This document shows positions 26,633 to 36,168 of a DNA stretch of 64,000 nucleotides, one piece after another. Made by a program: the position numbers and the translations under genes. The notes below the pieces were generated by a model. It made no database searches and was not told the DNA's origin. It saw nothing but the letters and a program-made list of their open reading frames with translations. Source of the DNA: a virus (taxonomy: Duplodnaviria > Heunggongvirae > Uroviricota > Caudoviricetes); the IMG/VR virus record IMGVR_UViG_3300042544_001887. One strand, given 5' to 3'. Each line of letters begins with the position of its first letter. Within the stretch, counting starts at the first letter, position 1.

Positions 26633-27568
26633 ATGAACATAAGAGAATTTGCTAAACCAGTTACTGCTAAGTCGTTAAACGAAAGCCTTGCTGCTCGATT
26701 CGGACAAAAGATTAATTTAGAGCGTTTTACAATAGAACAGCTTCAAGATGCACGTAATAGATTGCGTACAAAACTAAGTCAAGTAGAAACAAACGAATCG
26801 TTTGACGCTGTTCATAATGAAACTTATCAAAAATCAAAAATGATGCTTGATGTATTAAATGCTGCTCTTTCCGAAAGAGGACATGTTGAAGAAGACACTT
26901 CAACTAAGCGTTTAAGAGAAGGCGAAGAAGACAAAGCTGAATTGGTAATGTCAGCTAAAGACATGGTTGATCGTCTAACTGGTTGGATGGAAGATGTAGC
27001 AGAAATGCAAACAGAATCTATGCTTGAACTTGCTGACGCAATTCGCGACGAGCTAGGACAAGAATCTTCAGAAGCATTTGTTGGATTGGTAAAGCCTGCA
27101 CTTGACAGCCTCTACCAAGCTATGGAATCAACTCGTACTTCGTTAACTGGCGGTGTAAGTCAGTTGACCGGCGAAGGAACAGCACCAACACCTATGCCAG
27201 GTGAAGAACCAGGAATGGATGCAGATTTAGGTGCAGAAGACGAACTAGATGCAGACCTCGGCGGCGACATTACTCCGGTCAGTTCGGTAGACGACGACTT
27301 TGGAGCAGCAGAACCAGCAGCCGGCGGCGAAGAACCAGCAGATAGAGCAAAGCGTGAGTCAAAAGACTACTCAGCTAAAAAAGCAGCCGCAGGTAAAGAC
27401 ATTGGCAAGCCAGGCAAGCAATTTGCAAAGATTGCAAAGAGTGCAGGCGAAAAGTATGGTAGCAAAGAGCGTGGCGAAAAGGTAGCCGGTGCTGTTCTTA
27501 AAAAGCTACGCACAAAAGAATCAGTAAATCCAACTACACTTGCAAACATACTTTCAAAAAAAAAGTAA
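26633..27568 (+). CDS. Acidic coiled-coil late protein (scaffold/core-like)
   Basis: MNIREF N-terminus, repeated (L/T)xE sites; ends in A9G run (LSKKK*). Confidence 0.7.
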   Translation: MNIREFAKPVTAKSLNESLAARFGQKINLERFTIEQLQDARNRLRTKLSQVETNESFDAVHNETYQKSKMMLDVLNAALSERGHVEEDTSTKRLREGEEDKAELVMSAKDMVDRLTGWMEDVAEMQTESMLELADAIRDELGQESSEAFVGLVKPALDSLYQAMESTRTSLTGGVSQLTGEGTAPTPMPGEEPGMDADLGAEDELDADLGGDITPVSSVDDDFGAAEPAAGGEEPADRAKRESKDYSAKKAAAGKDIGKPGKQFAKIAKSAGEKYGSKERGEKVAGAVLKKLRTKESVNPTTLANILSKKK

Positions 27569-27876
27569 CTGAAGAAGTTAACGCTAATAAACTGTACCAA
27601 CTTCTAGTTTTATTAAAAAATAAAGGAAACTTCAACGTTTCCTTTAATCAATTAAATCAATATATGAGTAACATGGGTGACGAAGGTTTCACTTATGATA
27701 TCTTTCAACAAGCATACAACAGTGACCCTAAAATTCAAAATATAGTGGCTGACTTTAATAAAAACTCTGTTAAAATAAAAACAGGCGATGAAAATAATTT
27801 ATCGAGAAAACCTACATCAGGAAAAAATACTGTTTCGGCAATGGCAAAAAGAGCAACTGACTTAGGTGATTTGTAA
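27565..27876 (+). CDS. -1 frame extension of the upstream protein (probable frameshift product)
   Basis: Frame open from 27502; no ATG/GTG/TTG or SD before 27664; protein-like sequence KVTEEVNANKLYQLLVLLKNKG precedes that ATG. Confidence 0.6.
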   Translation, partial: VTEEVNANKLYQLLVLLKNKGNFNVSFNQLNQYMSNMGDEGFTYDIFQQAYNSDPKIQNIVADFNKNSVKIKTGDENNLSRKPTSGKNTVSAMAKRATDLGDL

Positions 27877-27891
27877 AAATTGTAATTAGGC

Positions 27892-28572
27892 ATGACATTA
27901 ATAAAAAAGAAATATGAATATAAAAAACTTTTAAGAGTTGAAGTAAATGGCAAAAGAAGATATGACTGGGGTGGCAGCATCCCAGTTCCTAGTGTTACAA
28001 CAATTCTGTCAGAGACAAAAGATCAAACACACTTGATAGAATGGCGAAAGCGTGTTGGCGAAGAAAAAGCAAAAGAAATAACAGTTGAAGCTGCTGGTGT
28101 AGGTACTCGTATGCACAAGTATCTAGAAGATTATATCGACACCGGCAGTTGGCCAGTGCCTGGCAGCAATCCTTACGCTCAAAAAGCACATGCAATGGCA
28201 ACTCGGATCAAAGTACATGCACTCGACGATGTAAACGAAATTTGGGGATCAGAAGTTTCTTTGTACATGCCAGATCTTTATGCAGGAACAACAGATTTAG
28301 TTGGACTGTACAAAGGCAATCCGTCAATCATGGATTTTAAACAGAGCAACAAAGTTAAAAAGAAAGAGTGGATTGAAGATTATTATCTTCAAATGACTGC
28401 GTATGCACTTGCTCATAATGAAATACACGGTACTAACATTCGTGAAGGACACATTTTTATGTGTACTAGAGACGAACAGTATTTGCAATTTGATCTGTGG
28501 CCCGATGAATTTGACGAATGGTCTCACAAATGGTGGGACCGAGTACACGACTACTATTCCAAGTACGCATAA
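27892..28572 (+). CDS. PD-(D/E)XK exonuclease
   Basis: PSVTTIL..GTRMH..LE..SE..Y.GT.DL..DFKQS..YLQ..AY. Confidence 0.85.
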   Translation: MTLIKKKYEYKKLLRVEVNGKRRYDWGGSIPVPSVTTILSETKDQTHLIEWRKRVGEEKAKEITVEAAGVGTRMHKYLEDYIDTGSWPVPGSNPYAQKAHAMATRIKVHALDDVNEIWGSEVSLYMPDLYAGTTDLVGLYKGNPSIMDFKQSNKVKKKEWIEDYYLQMTAYALAHNEIHGTNIREGHIFMCTRDEQYLQFDLWPDEFDEWSHKWWDRVHDYYSKYA

Positions 28573-28598
28573 ATATATAAAAGCGTAGGAGTAGTTAA

Positions 28599-30215
28599 AT
28601 GGCTGTAGTTCAAATCTCGAGAATTCAACATCGTAGAGGTAGAAAACTTACCAACACCGGAATGCCTCAATTAGCGTCGGGCGAAATTGGATGGGCAATT
28701 GATACACAAGAATTGTTTATTGGAAACGGGTCAGTAAGCGAAGGTGCTCCGTATGTTGGTAATACAAAAGTTCTTACCGAACACGACAACATTTTTACTC
28801 TTGCTGATCAGTATACTTATAAACCAGACGACAATCTTTGGGGATCTCAAATACCTGTAAGTAGACCCTTACAAGAAAGATTAGACGAGTTTGTATCTGT
28901 ATTTTCTTTTGGAGCAACAGCTGACGGAACTGACCAAACAACAGCTATAGAAAATGCAGTAAACAATCTTTATAAAAACAGCGATAACGCTAGTAGAGTA
29001 ATACTTTGGTTTCCTGCCGGTACCTATTTAATTTCCAGCACAATACAATTGCCTCCTTATGTAACACTTAGAGGTGCAGGAAAAGGTAAAACAAAAATCA
29101 TTACATCAAACTGTGATGCGTTTACAACAATACACTATAATCCTAACAATGTGTTAGAAACAATCACAAACTTAAATCAAGCAAGATACATTGAAATGTC
29201 GGATATGACTATATCAATACCGTCAACATCTTACAAAGGTATAACAGTTGCATCCGGTGTTAACAGTGTGTTTAAAAATTTACGTTTTGAAGGTGCATGG
29301 GACTTTGGTGCTACAAATACTTCACACAGTGCAATAGTATTAACAGCAACAGCAACTGATATTACATCATCATTCAATCTTTTTGAAAATATTGAGATTG
29401 ACAGTTTTAATTATGCAGTATATAGTGATGATGATGTTAAACATAACGTCTTCTCTAATTGCATTTTTTATAAGATTAAACAAGCAATTGCATTTGGACT
29501 AAACAGCGTCATTGGTAGTAATAACCAAATGACCGGTCCATTGTTTAACACTTTTGAAAAATGTATATTTGATCGCGTAGATCAAGAAGGCATCTATGTA
29601 AAAAATGGTGAATACAATGTAAGCAGAGAAAACAAATATCTAAACGTAGGTAATAACAGTGCAGGTACTCCAATACCGTTTTACTCTAATGTACGTTTTG
29701 AAACAAACACAAACATTTCTGATAACGACTATTTTGAAAGAACTGCATCACTTACACCAAACGAAGATGGCAACCCTTCTGTACTAAACTTTGATACACG
29801 TTATGTTCCTGAAATACACGGAAGAACTAACGTTAGACTACCTTATGCTAATGAAATTACAATAGGATATATGCCTGGTAAAGTACCAAGCGGTGATCCA
29901 CAGGAAATTCTAAAGTTTCCTGTTATCAATAGCGGAACTATATTTGTTGATTATGTTTACACAGAAACTAACAATAATATAGTAAGAGAAGGTGTGCTTG
30001 AAATAGTATGTAACTTGGACACAGAAGAAGTTACAGTAAATGACGATTACACCTACTTAGGATCATCAACTGATTACAGCACTGCATTAACTTTTTATGC
30101 AGAGTTTGCTGACTTAGGTGGCGATCTAAACAAAGATACTATTAGAATTAATTGTATTAACACAATTGCTTCAGCAGACGACAAGTTTTATTATACAATA
30201 AGAGTAAAATCGTAA
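28599..30215 (+). CDS. Virion protein with pectate-lyase-like beta-helix (baseplate/tailspike-type)
   Basis: LASGEIGWAIDTQELFIGNG N-terminus; SVFSFGATADGTDQT.AI..A..L.FPAGTY.IS. Confidence 0.8.
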   Translation: MAVVQISRIQHRRGRKLTNTGMPQLASGEIGWAIDTQELFIGNGSVSEGAPYVGNTKVLTEHDNIFTLADQYTYKPDDNLWGSQIPVSRPLQERLDEFVSVFSFGATADGTDQTTAIENAVNNLYKNSDNASRVILWFPAGTYLISSTIQLPPYVTLRGAGKGKTKIITSNCDAFTTIHYNPNNVLETITNLNQARYIEMSDMTISIPSTSYKGITVASGVNSVFKNLRFEGAWDFGATNTSHSAIVLTATATDITSSFNLFENIEIDSFNYAVYSDDDVKHNVFSNCIFYKIKQAIAFGLNSVIGSNNQMTGPLFNTFEKCIFDRVDQEGIYVKNGEYNVSRENKYLNVGNNSAGTPIPFYSNVRFETNTNISDNDYFERTASLTPNEDGNPSVLNFDTRYVPEIHGRTNVRLPYANEITIGYMPGKVPSGDPQEILKFPVINSGTIFVDYVYTETNNNIVREGVLEIVCNLDTEEVTVNDDYTYLGSSTDYSTALTFYAEFADLGGDLNKDTIRINCINTIASADDKFYYTIRVKS

Positions 30216-30218
30216 CAC

Positions 30219-30644
30219 ATGTTTGATAAAAGATTTGAGGACAGGCTGCGAGCCTGGGCTGATTTTAGAAATCAGCTAGAGTTTTCTCACAACCCAATAC
30301 AAGAGGTCATAGATTTTTATAATCGTGCTCCTTTAGTTAACATACAGGTTGATCCATATGACCAGACCAGTTGGCTAGATCCTTGGTCACTTTTAAGAGA
30401 AAATAATTATTGTAATTTTGCATTAATTTTAGGAATTGCCTATACTTTGCAATTAACCACTCGCTTTTCTGAGGCTCAATTTGAGATACATATCTGTACC
30501 GATAAGGAAAAGTCAGAGATAAAATATCTACTTTTTGTTGACAATTGTGTTATTGGATACAATAGAAATTGTGCAATAAAAGTTGTAGATTTACCACCAT
30601 CTCTGCAATTCGAAAAATCTTATCGGCTACCTGCCCTACAATAA
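30219..30644 (+). CDS. Conserved hypothetical protein
   Basis: RL.AW.DFR..W..PW.LL..YC..LGIAYTL. Confidence 0.75.
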   Translation: MFDKRFEDRLRAWADFRNQLEFSHNPIQEVIDFYNRAPLVNIQVDPYDQTSWLDPWSLLRENNYCNFALILGIAYTLQLTTRFSEAQFEIHICTDKEKSEIKYLLFVDNCVIGYNRNCAIKVVDLPPSLQFEKSYRLPALQ

Positions 30645-30681
30645 ATATCTAACAAATTATAGAGTCTTAAAGAGGAATTTA

Positions 30682-32991
30682 ATGATGATTCAAGTCACCA
30701 AACGTAATGGTAAAAAAGAACCCCTTGATATCGAAAAGTTACACAAAGTAGTTTTTCATGCATGTGAGGGTATTACAGGAGTAAGTCCTAGCGAAGTTGA
30801 AATTAAAAGTCAAATACAATTTTACAATGGTATTAAAACAAACGACATTCAAGAAACACTTATCAAGGCAGCAGCAGATCTTATTTCGGAAGAAAATCCA
30901 AATTACCAATACGTAGGTGGCAGACTAATCAATTATGGACTACGAAAAGAAGTATACGGGCAGTATAAACCATGCACAGTAAAAGAACTTGTAGTTCGCA
31001 ATATTGAAAACGGTTTTTACGATACAGAACTAATCAACTATTATACTGACGAAGAATGGGAAAAAATTAATAGTTTTGTTAAGCACGAACGTGACGAAAA
31101 CTTAACTTATGTTGCAATGGAGCAACTAAGAGGCAAGTATCTAGCACAGAATCGTGTAACAGGTGAAATCTTTGAAACTCCGCAGATGTGCTATATTTTA
31201 ATCGCTGCAACACTGTTTCAAAGTTATCCAAAAGAAACAAGACTACAATGGGTCAAAGATTACTATGATGCTATATCTCTTCATGATATCAGTTTGCCTA
31301 CTCCTGTTATGGCTGGTGTTCGCACACCTCAAAGACAGTTCAGTAGTTGCGTCCTTATTGAATCTGATGATAGCCTTGACAGTATCAATGCTACAACCAG
31401 TGCTATTGTTAAGTATGTGAGTCAAAAAGCTGGCATTGGTGTCGGCGGCGGGAAAATACGTGCAGTTGGATCGCCTGTTCGCAAAGGTGATGCATATCAT
31501 ACTGGTATTATTCCTTTCTACAAAATGTTCCAAGCAGCCGTTAAAAGCTGTAGTCAAGGCGGTGTTCGTGGAGGAGCAGCAACTATATACTATCCTGCCT
31601 GGCACTTAGAAGTTGAAGATCTTCTTGTGTTGAAGAATAACAAAGGCACAGAAGAAACTCGTGTACGTCATATGGACTACGGTGTACAGTTTAACAAACT
31701 AATGTACGAGCGTCTAATTACCGGAGGAAATATCACACTATTTTCGCCTAGCGATGTTCCTGGACTGTATGATGCGTTTTTTGCAGATCAAGAAAAGTTT
31801 AAAGAGCTTTATGAAACAGCAGAACGCAATACAAGAATTCGTAAAAAGACTGTTAGAGCAGCAGACTTGTTTGGTTCATTTATGGAAGAACGCAAAGCAA
31901 CCGGCCGCATCTATTTGCAGAATGTAGACAATGCAAACGACCACGGATCGTTCTTGCCCGAAGTTGCACCTATTCGTCAAAGCAATCTTTGTGCAGAAAT
32001 TGATCTTCCGACCAAGCCATTAAATGATTTAAATGATCCGGAGGGAGAAATCAGCCTTTGCACCCTTTCCGCCATTAACTGGGGTAATATTAAAACACCA
32101 GCAGACTTTGAGCGTGTATGTACTCTTGCAGTTCGCGGACTTGATGCACTGTTAAGCTATCAAGATTATCCTGTTCTAGCAGCACGTCTTTCAACTGAAA
32201 AGCGTCGTCCATTAGGAATTGGTATCATCAATTTTGCATACTGGATGGCCAAGCACGGCCTTTCCTATCAGCACATCGATACAGCAGGTCTTGCTGTGAT
32301 TGATGAATGGGCAGAAGCTTGGAGTTACTATCTAATCAAAGCTAGTGCAGACATTGCTAAGGAGCAAGGTGCACCAAGTGGTAATTTAGAAACCAAGTAT
32401 GGTCACGGTATTACTCCTAATCAAACTTACAAGAAAGATGTAGATACTCTTGTTCCGCATGTCGAACGCATGGATTGGGACAGTCTTCGTGCTCAACTAC
32501 GGGAGACAGGTATTCGCAACAGCACACTAATGGCACTGATGCCCAGCGAAACATCTGCACAAATAGCAAATGCTACAAACGGTATTGAACCACCACGTGC
32601 CTACATTTCAGTTAAGCAAAGCAAGCACGGTGTTCTCAAGCAAGTTGTTCCAGAATACAAGCGTTTAAAGAACAAATACGATCTGCTTTGGGATCAGAAG
32701 TCGCCCGAAGGCTATCTAAAGATCATGGCTGTCTTACAGAAATATATTGACCAAGGTATTTCAGTAAACACCAGTTACAATCCTATTTTCTTTAACGACG
32801 AAAAAATTCCAATGAGTGTTATGCTACAGCACATGATTATGTTCTACAAGTACGGTGGAAAGCAGTTGTATTACTTTAATACAAACGACGGCGCAGGCGA
32901 AGTAGATTTATCTAAATTTGCCAAAGAAGATGTATTCGAAGCAGAATTACAAATTAGTGACGACGTTGCCTGCGAAAGCTGCACAATATGA
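30682..32991 (+). CDS. nrdA: Ribonucleotide reductase class Ia alpha subunit
   Basis: ATP-cone VTKRNG; FSSCVL, QSNLCAEI, LMPSETS, QLYY, C-terminal CESC. Confidence 0.98.
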   Translation: MMIQVTKRNGKKEPLDIEKLHKVVFHACEGITGVSPSEVEIKSQIQFYNGIKTNDIQETLIKAAADLISEENPNYQYVGGRLINYGLRKEVYGQYKPCTVKELVVRNIENGFYDTELINYYTDEEWEKINSFVKHERDENLTYVAMEQLRGKYLAQNRVTGEIFETPQMCYILIAATLFQSYPKETRLQWVKDYYDAISLHDISLPTPVMAGVRTPQRQFSSCVLIESDDSLDSINATTSAIVKYVSQKAGIGVGGGKIRAVGSPVRKGDAYHTGIIPFYKMFQAAVKSCSQGGVRGGAATIYYPAWHLEVEDLLVLKNNKGTEETRVRHMDYGVQFNKLMYERLITGGNITLFSPSDVPGLYDAFFADQEKFKELYETAERNTRIRKKTVRAADLFGSFMEERKATGRIYLQNVDNANDHGSFLPEVAPIRQSNLCAEIDLPTKPLNDLNDPEGEISLCTLSAINWGNIKTPADFERVCTLAVRGLDALLSYQDYPVLAARLSTEKRRPLGIGIINFAYWMAKHGLSYQHIDTAGLAVIDEWAEAWSYYLIKASADIAKEQGAPSGNLETKYGHGITPNQTYKKDVDTLVPHVERMDWDSLRAQLRETGIRNSTLMALMPSETSAQIANATNGIEPPRAYISVKQSKHGVLKQVVPEYKRLKNKYDLLWDQKSPEGYLKIMAVLQKYIDQGISVNTSYNPIFFNDEKIPMSVMLQHMIMFYKYGGKQLYYFNTNDGAGEVDLSKFAKEDVFEAELQISDDVACESCTI

Positions 32992-33020
32992 TTGACAGAG
33001 CCTACGGGCTCTGTTATATT
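32992..33020 (+). promoter_or_regulatory. Fused hairpin and sigma70 promoter
   Basis: TTGACA-17-TATATT whose spacer forms ACAGAGCC-TACG-GGCTCTGT. Confidence 0.75.
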
Positions 33021-33050
33021 CTTATATATAAATCTACTTAAGGACAGATT

Positions 33051-34178
33051 ATGAGCGTTTTCGATCTTAATAATAAAGCTGATCACACAAAAGTTTTAGC
33101 ATTTCTCGACCCCACAGGCGGCCCAACAGTTCAACGTTACGATACTATGAAGTATCCGTCGCTTGATAAATTTACAGACAAGCAACACGGATTCTTTTGG
33201 AGACCCAGCGAACTTGATCTTTACAAAGATGCAACAGAGTTTAAAGCTCTTACCGAACACGAACAACATATTTTTACCAGCAATCTAAAGCGTCAGATTT
33301 TGCTAGATTCTGTGCAGGGTCGTGCCCCAGTTGAAGCTTTTAGTCCTATTGTTAGTTTGCCCGAACTTGAAAATTGGATTCTAACTTGGACGTTTAGCGA
33401 AAGCATCCATAGCCGTAGTTACACTCACATTATCAGAAACGTGTATAACAATCCTAGCAAGATCTTCGACGAAATGATGGACATCGAAGAGATTGTGGAT
33501 TGTGCAGAAGATATCAGTAAAAATTACGACGATCTGATTGAACTAGCATCGTGGTATAATCTGCTAGGTGAAGGAACTCACACAGTTAACGGCAAGACTA
33601 TCACAGTAGATCTTTACGATCTTAAAAAGAAGTTGTGGCTTGCACTGATGAGTGTGAACATTCTCGAAGGTGTTCGTTTCTATGTTAGCTTTGCATGTAG
33701 TTGGGCATTTGCTGAACTTAAGAAGATGGAAGGCAATGCTAAGATTATCAAACTGATTGCACGTGATGAAAATCTGCATCTTGGTAGCACACAACTGTTG
33801 CTCGGGCTGCTTGCCAAAGACGATCCTGACTTTGCTAAGATTGCAGAAGAATGTCAAGAAGAAGCAGTTAAGATGTTTGTTGATGCAGTTAATCAAGAAA
33901 AAGTGTGGGCTGACTACTTGTTTAAAGACGGCAGCATGATCGGCTTGAACAAGCAACTGTTATGCGAATACATTGAATGGATTGCAGCACGTCGAATGAA
34001 AAAGGTTAATCTTCCTTGCCCATACAACGTTAAAAGCAATCCACTTCCTTGGACTGAAAAGTGGATCTCGGGTGCAGAAGTACAGGTTGCACCACAGGAA
34101 ACAGAAATTAGTTCTTATATCATCGGTGATATCAAGCGAGACATCGATGACGATACATTTAAAGGGTTAAGCCTATGA
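33051..34178 (+). CDS. nrdB: Ribonucleotide reductase class Ia beta subunit
   Basis: FFWRPSE, QILLDSVQGR, ESIHSRSY, LEGVRFYVSF, RDENLH, APQETEISSY. Confidence 0.98.
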   Translation: MSVFDLNNKADHTKVLAFLDPTGGPTVQRYDTMKYPSLDKFTDKQHGFFWRPSELDLYKDATEFKALTEHEQHIFTSNLKRQILLDSVQGRAPVEAFSPIVSLPELENWILTWTFSESIHSRSYTHIIRNVYNNPSKIFDEMMDIEEIVDCAEDISKNYDDLIELASWYNLLGEGTHTVNGKTITVDLYDLKKKLWLALMSVNILEGVRFYVSFACSWAFAELKKMEGNAKIIKLIARDENLHLGSTQLLLGLLAKDDPDFAKIAEECQEEAVKMFVDAVNQEKVWADYLFKDGSMIGLNKQLLCEYIEWIAARRMKKVNLPCPYNVKSNPLPWTEKWISGAEVQVAPQETEISSYIIGDIKRDIDDDTFKGLSL

Positions 34179-34261
34179 GAAAACCTCGTAAGCCTCGCGG
34201 TCCTGCAAAAGTTAAAGCAGCGGCAAAAAGAGCAGTAAAGATTGGAAAAAAAAGGAAATGA
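34175..34261 (+). CDS. 28-aa K/R-rich peptide
   Basis: MRKPRKPRGPAKVKAAAKRAVKIGKKRK; ATGA overlaps with nrdB and grx. Confidence 0.55.
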   Translation: MRKPRKPRGPAKVKAAAKRAVKIGKKRK

Positions 34262-34509
34262 GTGGAACTATCGTTTGGAGCAAAGACAATTGTCCGTATT
34301 GCGTAAAAGCAAAACGTATGCTGGATGGTAAAGGTATTCGTTACGAAGAAAGAAACATTAGCACCGGGCCGTGGACTAAAGAGCAATTGTTAGAAGCAGT
34401 TCCCAACGCACGAACTGTTCCGCAGATTTTCTTGCACGGAAATTATATTGGCGGATCAGATGCACTTGAAAAATATTTTGAAGATCATGACATGTGGAGA
34501 AATGATTAA
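34258..34509 (+). CDS. grx: Glutaredoxin
   Basis: CPYC, ARTVPQIF, YIGGSD. Confidence 0.95.
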   Translation: MSGTIVWSKDNCPYCVKAKRMLDGKGIRYEERNISTGPWTKEQLLEAVPNARTVPQIFLHGNYIGGSDALEKYFEDHDMWRND

Positions 34510-34799
34510 TGCTTATTGAAGCACCTATGAAAGACGGTGACACTGTTACTATCAAAACGTTTAACGGCGACGAGCTGGTTGCTAGACTTGTAGAAACTAA
34601 ACCAAACACTTATGTGGTTTCCAAGCCAATGGCAATTATGGCAACACCGCAAGGACTAGGATTGGGTCCTTATACGTTTACAGTTAATCCGGATACAAAA
34701 ATTGAGATTAACAAAAATGCAGTAATCTTTATTGCTAAAACTGATAGCGAAATGGCTAAACAATATATTAGCAGCACTAGCGGAATCAAACTTGTATGA
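34509..34799 (+). CDS. Sm-like domain protein
   Basis: VTIK..NGDELVARL..V.KP family pattern. Confidence 0.55.
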   Translation: MLIEAPMKDGDTVTIKTFNGDELVARLVETKPNTYVVSKPMAIMATPQGLGLGPYTFTVNPDTKIEINKNAVIFIAKTDSEMAKQYISSTSGIKLV

Positions 34800-35113
34800 C
34801 AAACTTTGCTAGACTAGACGACGAAACTACAGGTGTTTGTAGCATACACGGTCCTCAAAGCGGAAAAATTACCGGAAGTGCAACAATAACATTTATCGAA
34901 GGTAAGTTAGCAGCAAGAGTCGGTGACGAAGTAACAGCTGATTGCGGACACAAAGGTAAAATAAGTGTAGCTTCGGGTAACATAATTGCCGAAGGCCAAC
35001 GTGTTGCTAGGAAAGACGACCCATTCACCGGAACCTACACTGGAACAATCGTCGGCAGTGCTTCTAGAACAGGAACTGATAACAGCGTTTCCGGCGATGG
35101 CGGACCGCAATAA
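34796..35113 (+). CDS. PAAR-like spike tip protein
   Basis: ARLDD..G.C..H; AARVGD..CGH; VARKDD. Confidence 0.8.
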   Translation: MTNFARLDDETTGVCSIHGPQSGKITGSATITFIEGKLAARVGDEVTADCGHKGKISVASGNIIAEGQRVARKDDPFTGTYTGTIVGSASRTGTDNSVSGDGGPQ

Positions 35114-35127
35114 CATATAGGTAAAAA

Positions 35128-35700
35128 ATGAAGAAAATCTTAACAGACTGCGATGGTTGCACGTTTGATTGGGAAACTCCCTTCCACGAATGGATGGTTG
35201 AAAAAGGCTATAGCAAGGTTGTGCATGATACATATAACCTCGACATAGCCTATGCTATTCCGAAAAGTGAAAAGCGTGATCTTGTTCGTGATTTTAACGA
35301 AAGTGCTTGGATCAGTAACTTGCCAGCTTTTCGTGATGCTCGCAGTGGAATAGCACGTTTAGTTGAAGCCGGTTATACGTTTGATGCTATTACTAGCCTA
35401 AGCAAAGATCCGTTTGCACATTCTCTGCGATGGACTAATCTTCGTTCTCGTTTTGGAACTGATGCATTTGAACACTTAATCTGTCTCGATACTGGTGCAG
35501 ACAAAGACGAAGCATTGGAAAAGTACGCCGACACTGGGTTATGGTGGATCGAGGATAAGCCAGAAAACTGCGACACTGGTTTAAAATTTGGTCTACGGCC
35601 GATCTTGATTGACCATTCACACAATCAGTGGTATACTAATCCAGCAGTGATTCGTGTCAAAACATGGAAAGAAATCTGTGAGGTAGTTCTCGGTGAGTGA
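35128..35700 (+). CDS. HAD-superfamily 5'(3')-deoxyribonucleotidase
   Basis: LTDCDG; WIEDKPEN. Confidence 0.85.
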   Translation: MKKILTDCDGCTFDWETPFHEWMVEKGYSKVVHDTYNLDIAYAIPKSEKRDLVRDFNESAWISNLPAFRDARSGIARLVEAGYTFDAITSLSKDPFAHSLRWTNLRSRFGTDAFEHLICLDTGADKDEALEKYADTGLWWIEDKPENCDTGLKFGLRPILIDHSHNQWYTNPAVIRVKTWKEICEVVLGE

Positions 35701-35872
35701 TACGCACGAACAGCTAAAACTAGCTTGGGCTATTTATTTGCAAGAAAACGATAAGTTTGAAGCAAAAGGCATCAAGACTAGTGCTGTTCGTGCGAGACAA
35801 GCACTCAACAACATGAAAGATCTTATCACAGAACGAAGAAAAGAAATACAAGAAAAGAAAAGTGACCTATAA
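35693..35872 (+). CDS. Histone H1 (Hc1)-like small DNA-binding protein
   Basis: ENDKFEAKGIKTSAVRARQAL..RRKEIQE; 59 aa, absent from ORF track. Confidence 0.65.
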   Translation: MSDTHEQLKLAWAIYLQENDKFEAKGIKTSAVRARQALNNMKDLITERRKEIQEKKSDL

Positions 35873-35895
35873 TAAATACAGTATAGGAGAACAGC

Positions 35896-36168
35896 ATGAA
35901 CACACTAAAAGATCTTAGAAATTACATTAAGTTAGAGTATGGTATTGATCCTGTGATGTTTGATGGAAAAACACTAGAATACAGAGCTGTTTCATTTGAA
36001 CGTAACGAATCACCGTACATTTACGTAAACAGAGAAACAATGTCTGACATGTGGACTGTAAGACGTAAAAACCATAGTATTGATTTTTTTAGAACACGTG
36101 AGTTAGAAAAAGCTATTTCTCCTTCTGGAAGCTTATTGTACTACTTTATACCGGAGTCTAGATTTTAA
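35896..36168 (+). CDS. Hypothetical protein
   Basis: Late box plus AGGAG. Confidence 0.75.
   Translation: MNTLKDLRNYIKLEYGIDPVMFDGKTLEYRAVSFERNESPYIYVNRETMSDMWTVRRKNHSIDFFRTRELEKAISPSGSLLYYFIPESRF

Noticed and set aside
27892-28572. Cas4 / CRISPR adaptation gene
   Set aside because: Generic phage PD-(D/E)XK exonuclease lacking the Fe-S cysteines; no array nearby
30682-34178. Introns or inteins in nrdA/nrdB
   Set aside because: Both ORFs are continuous and of normal length
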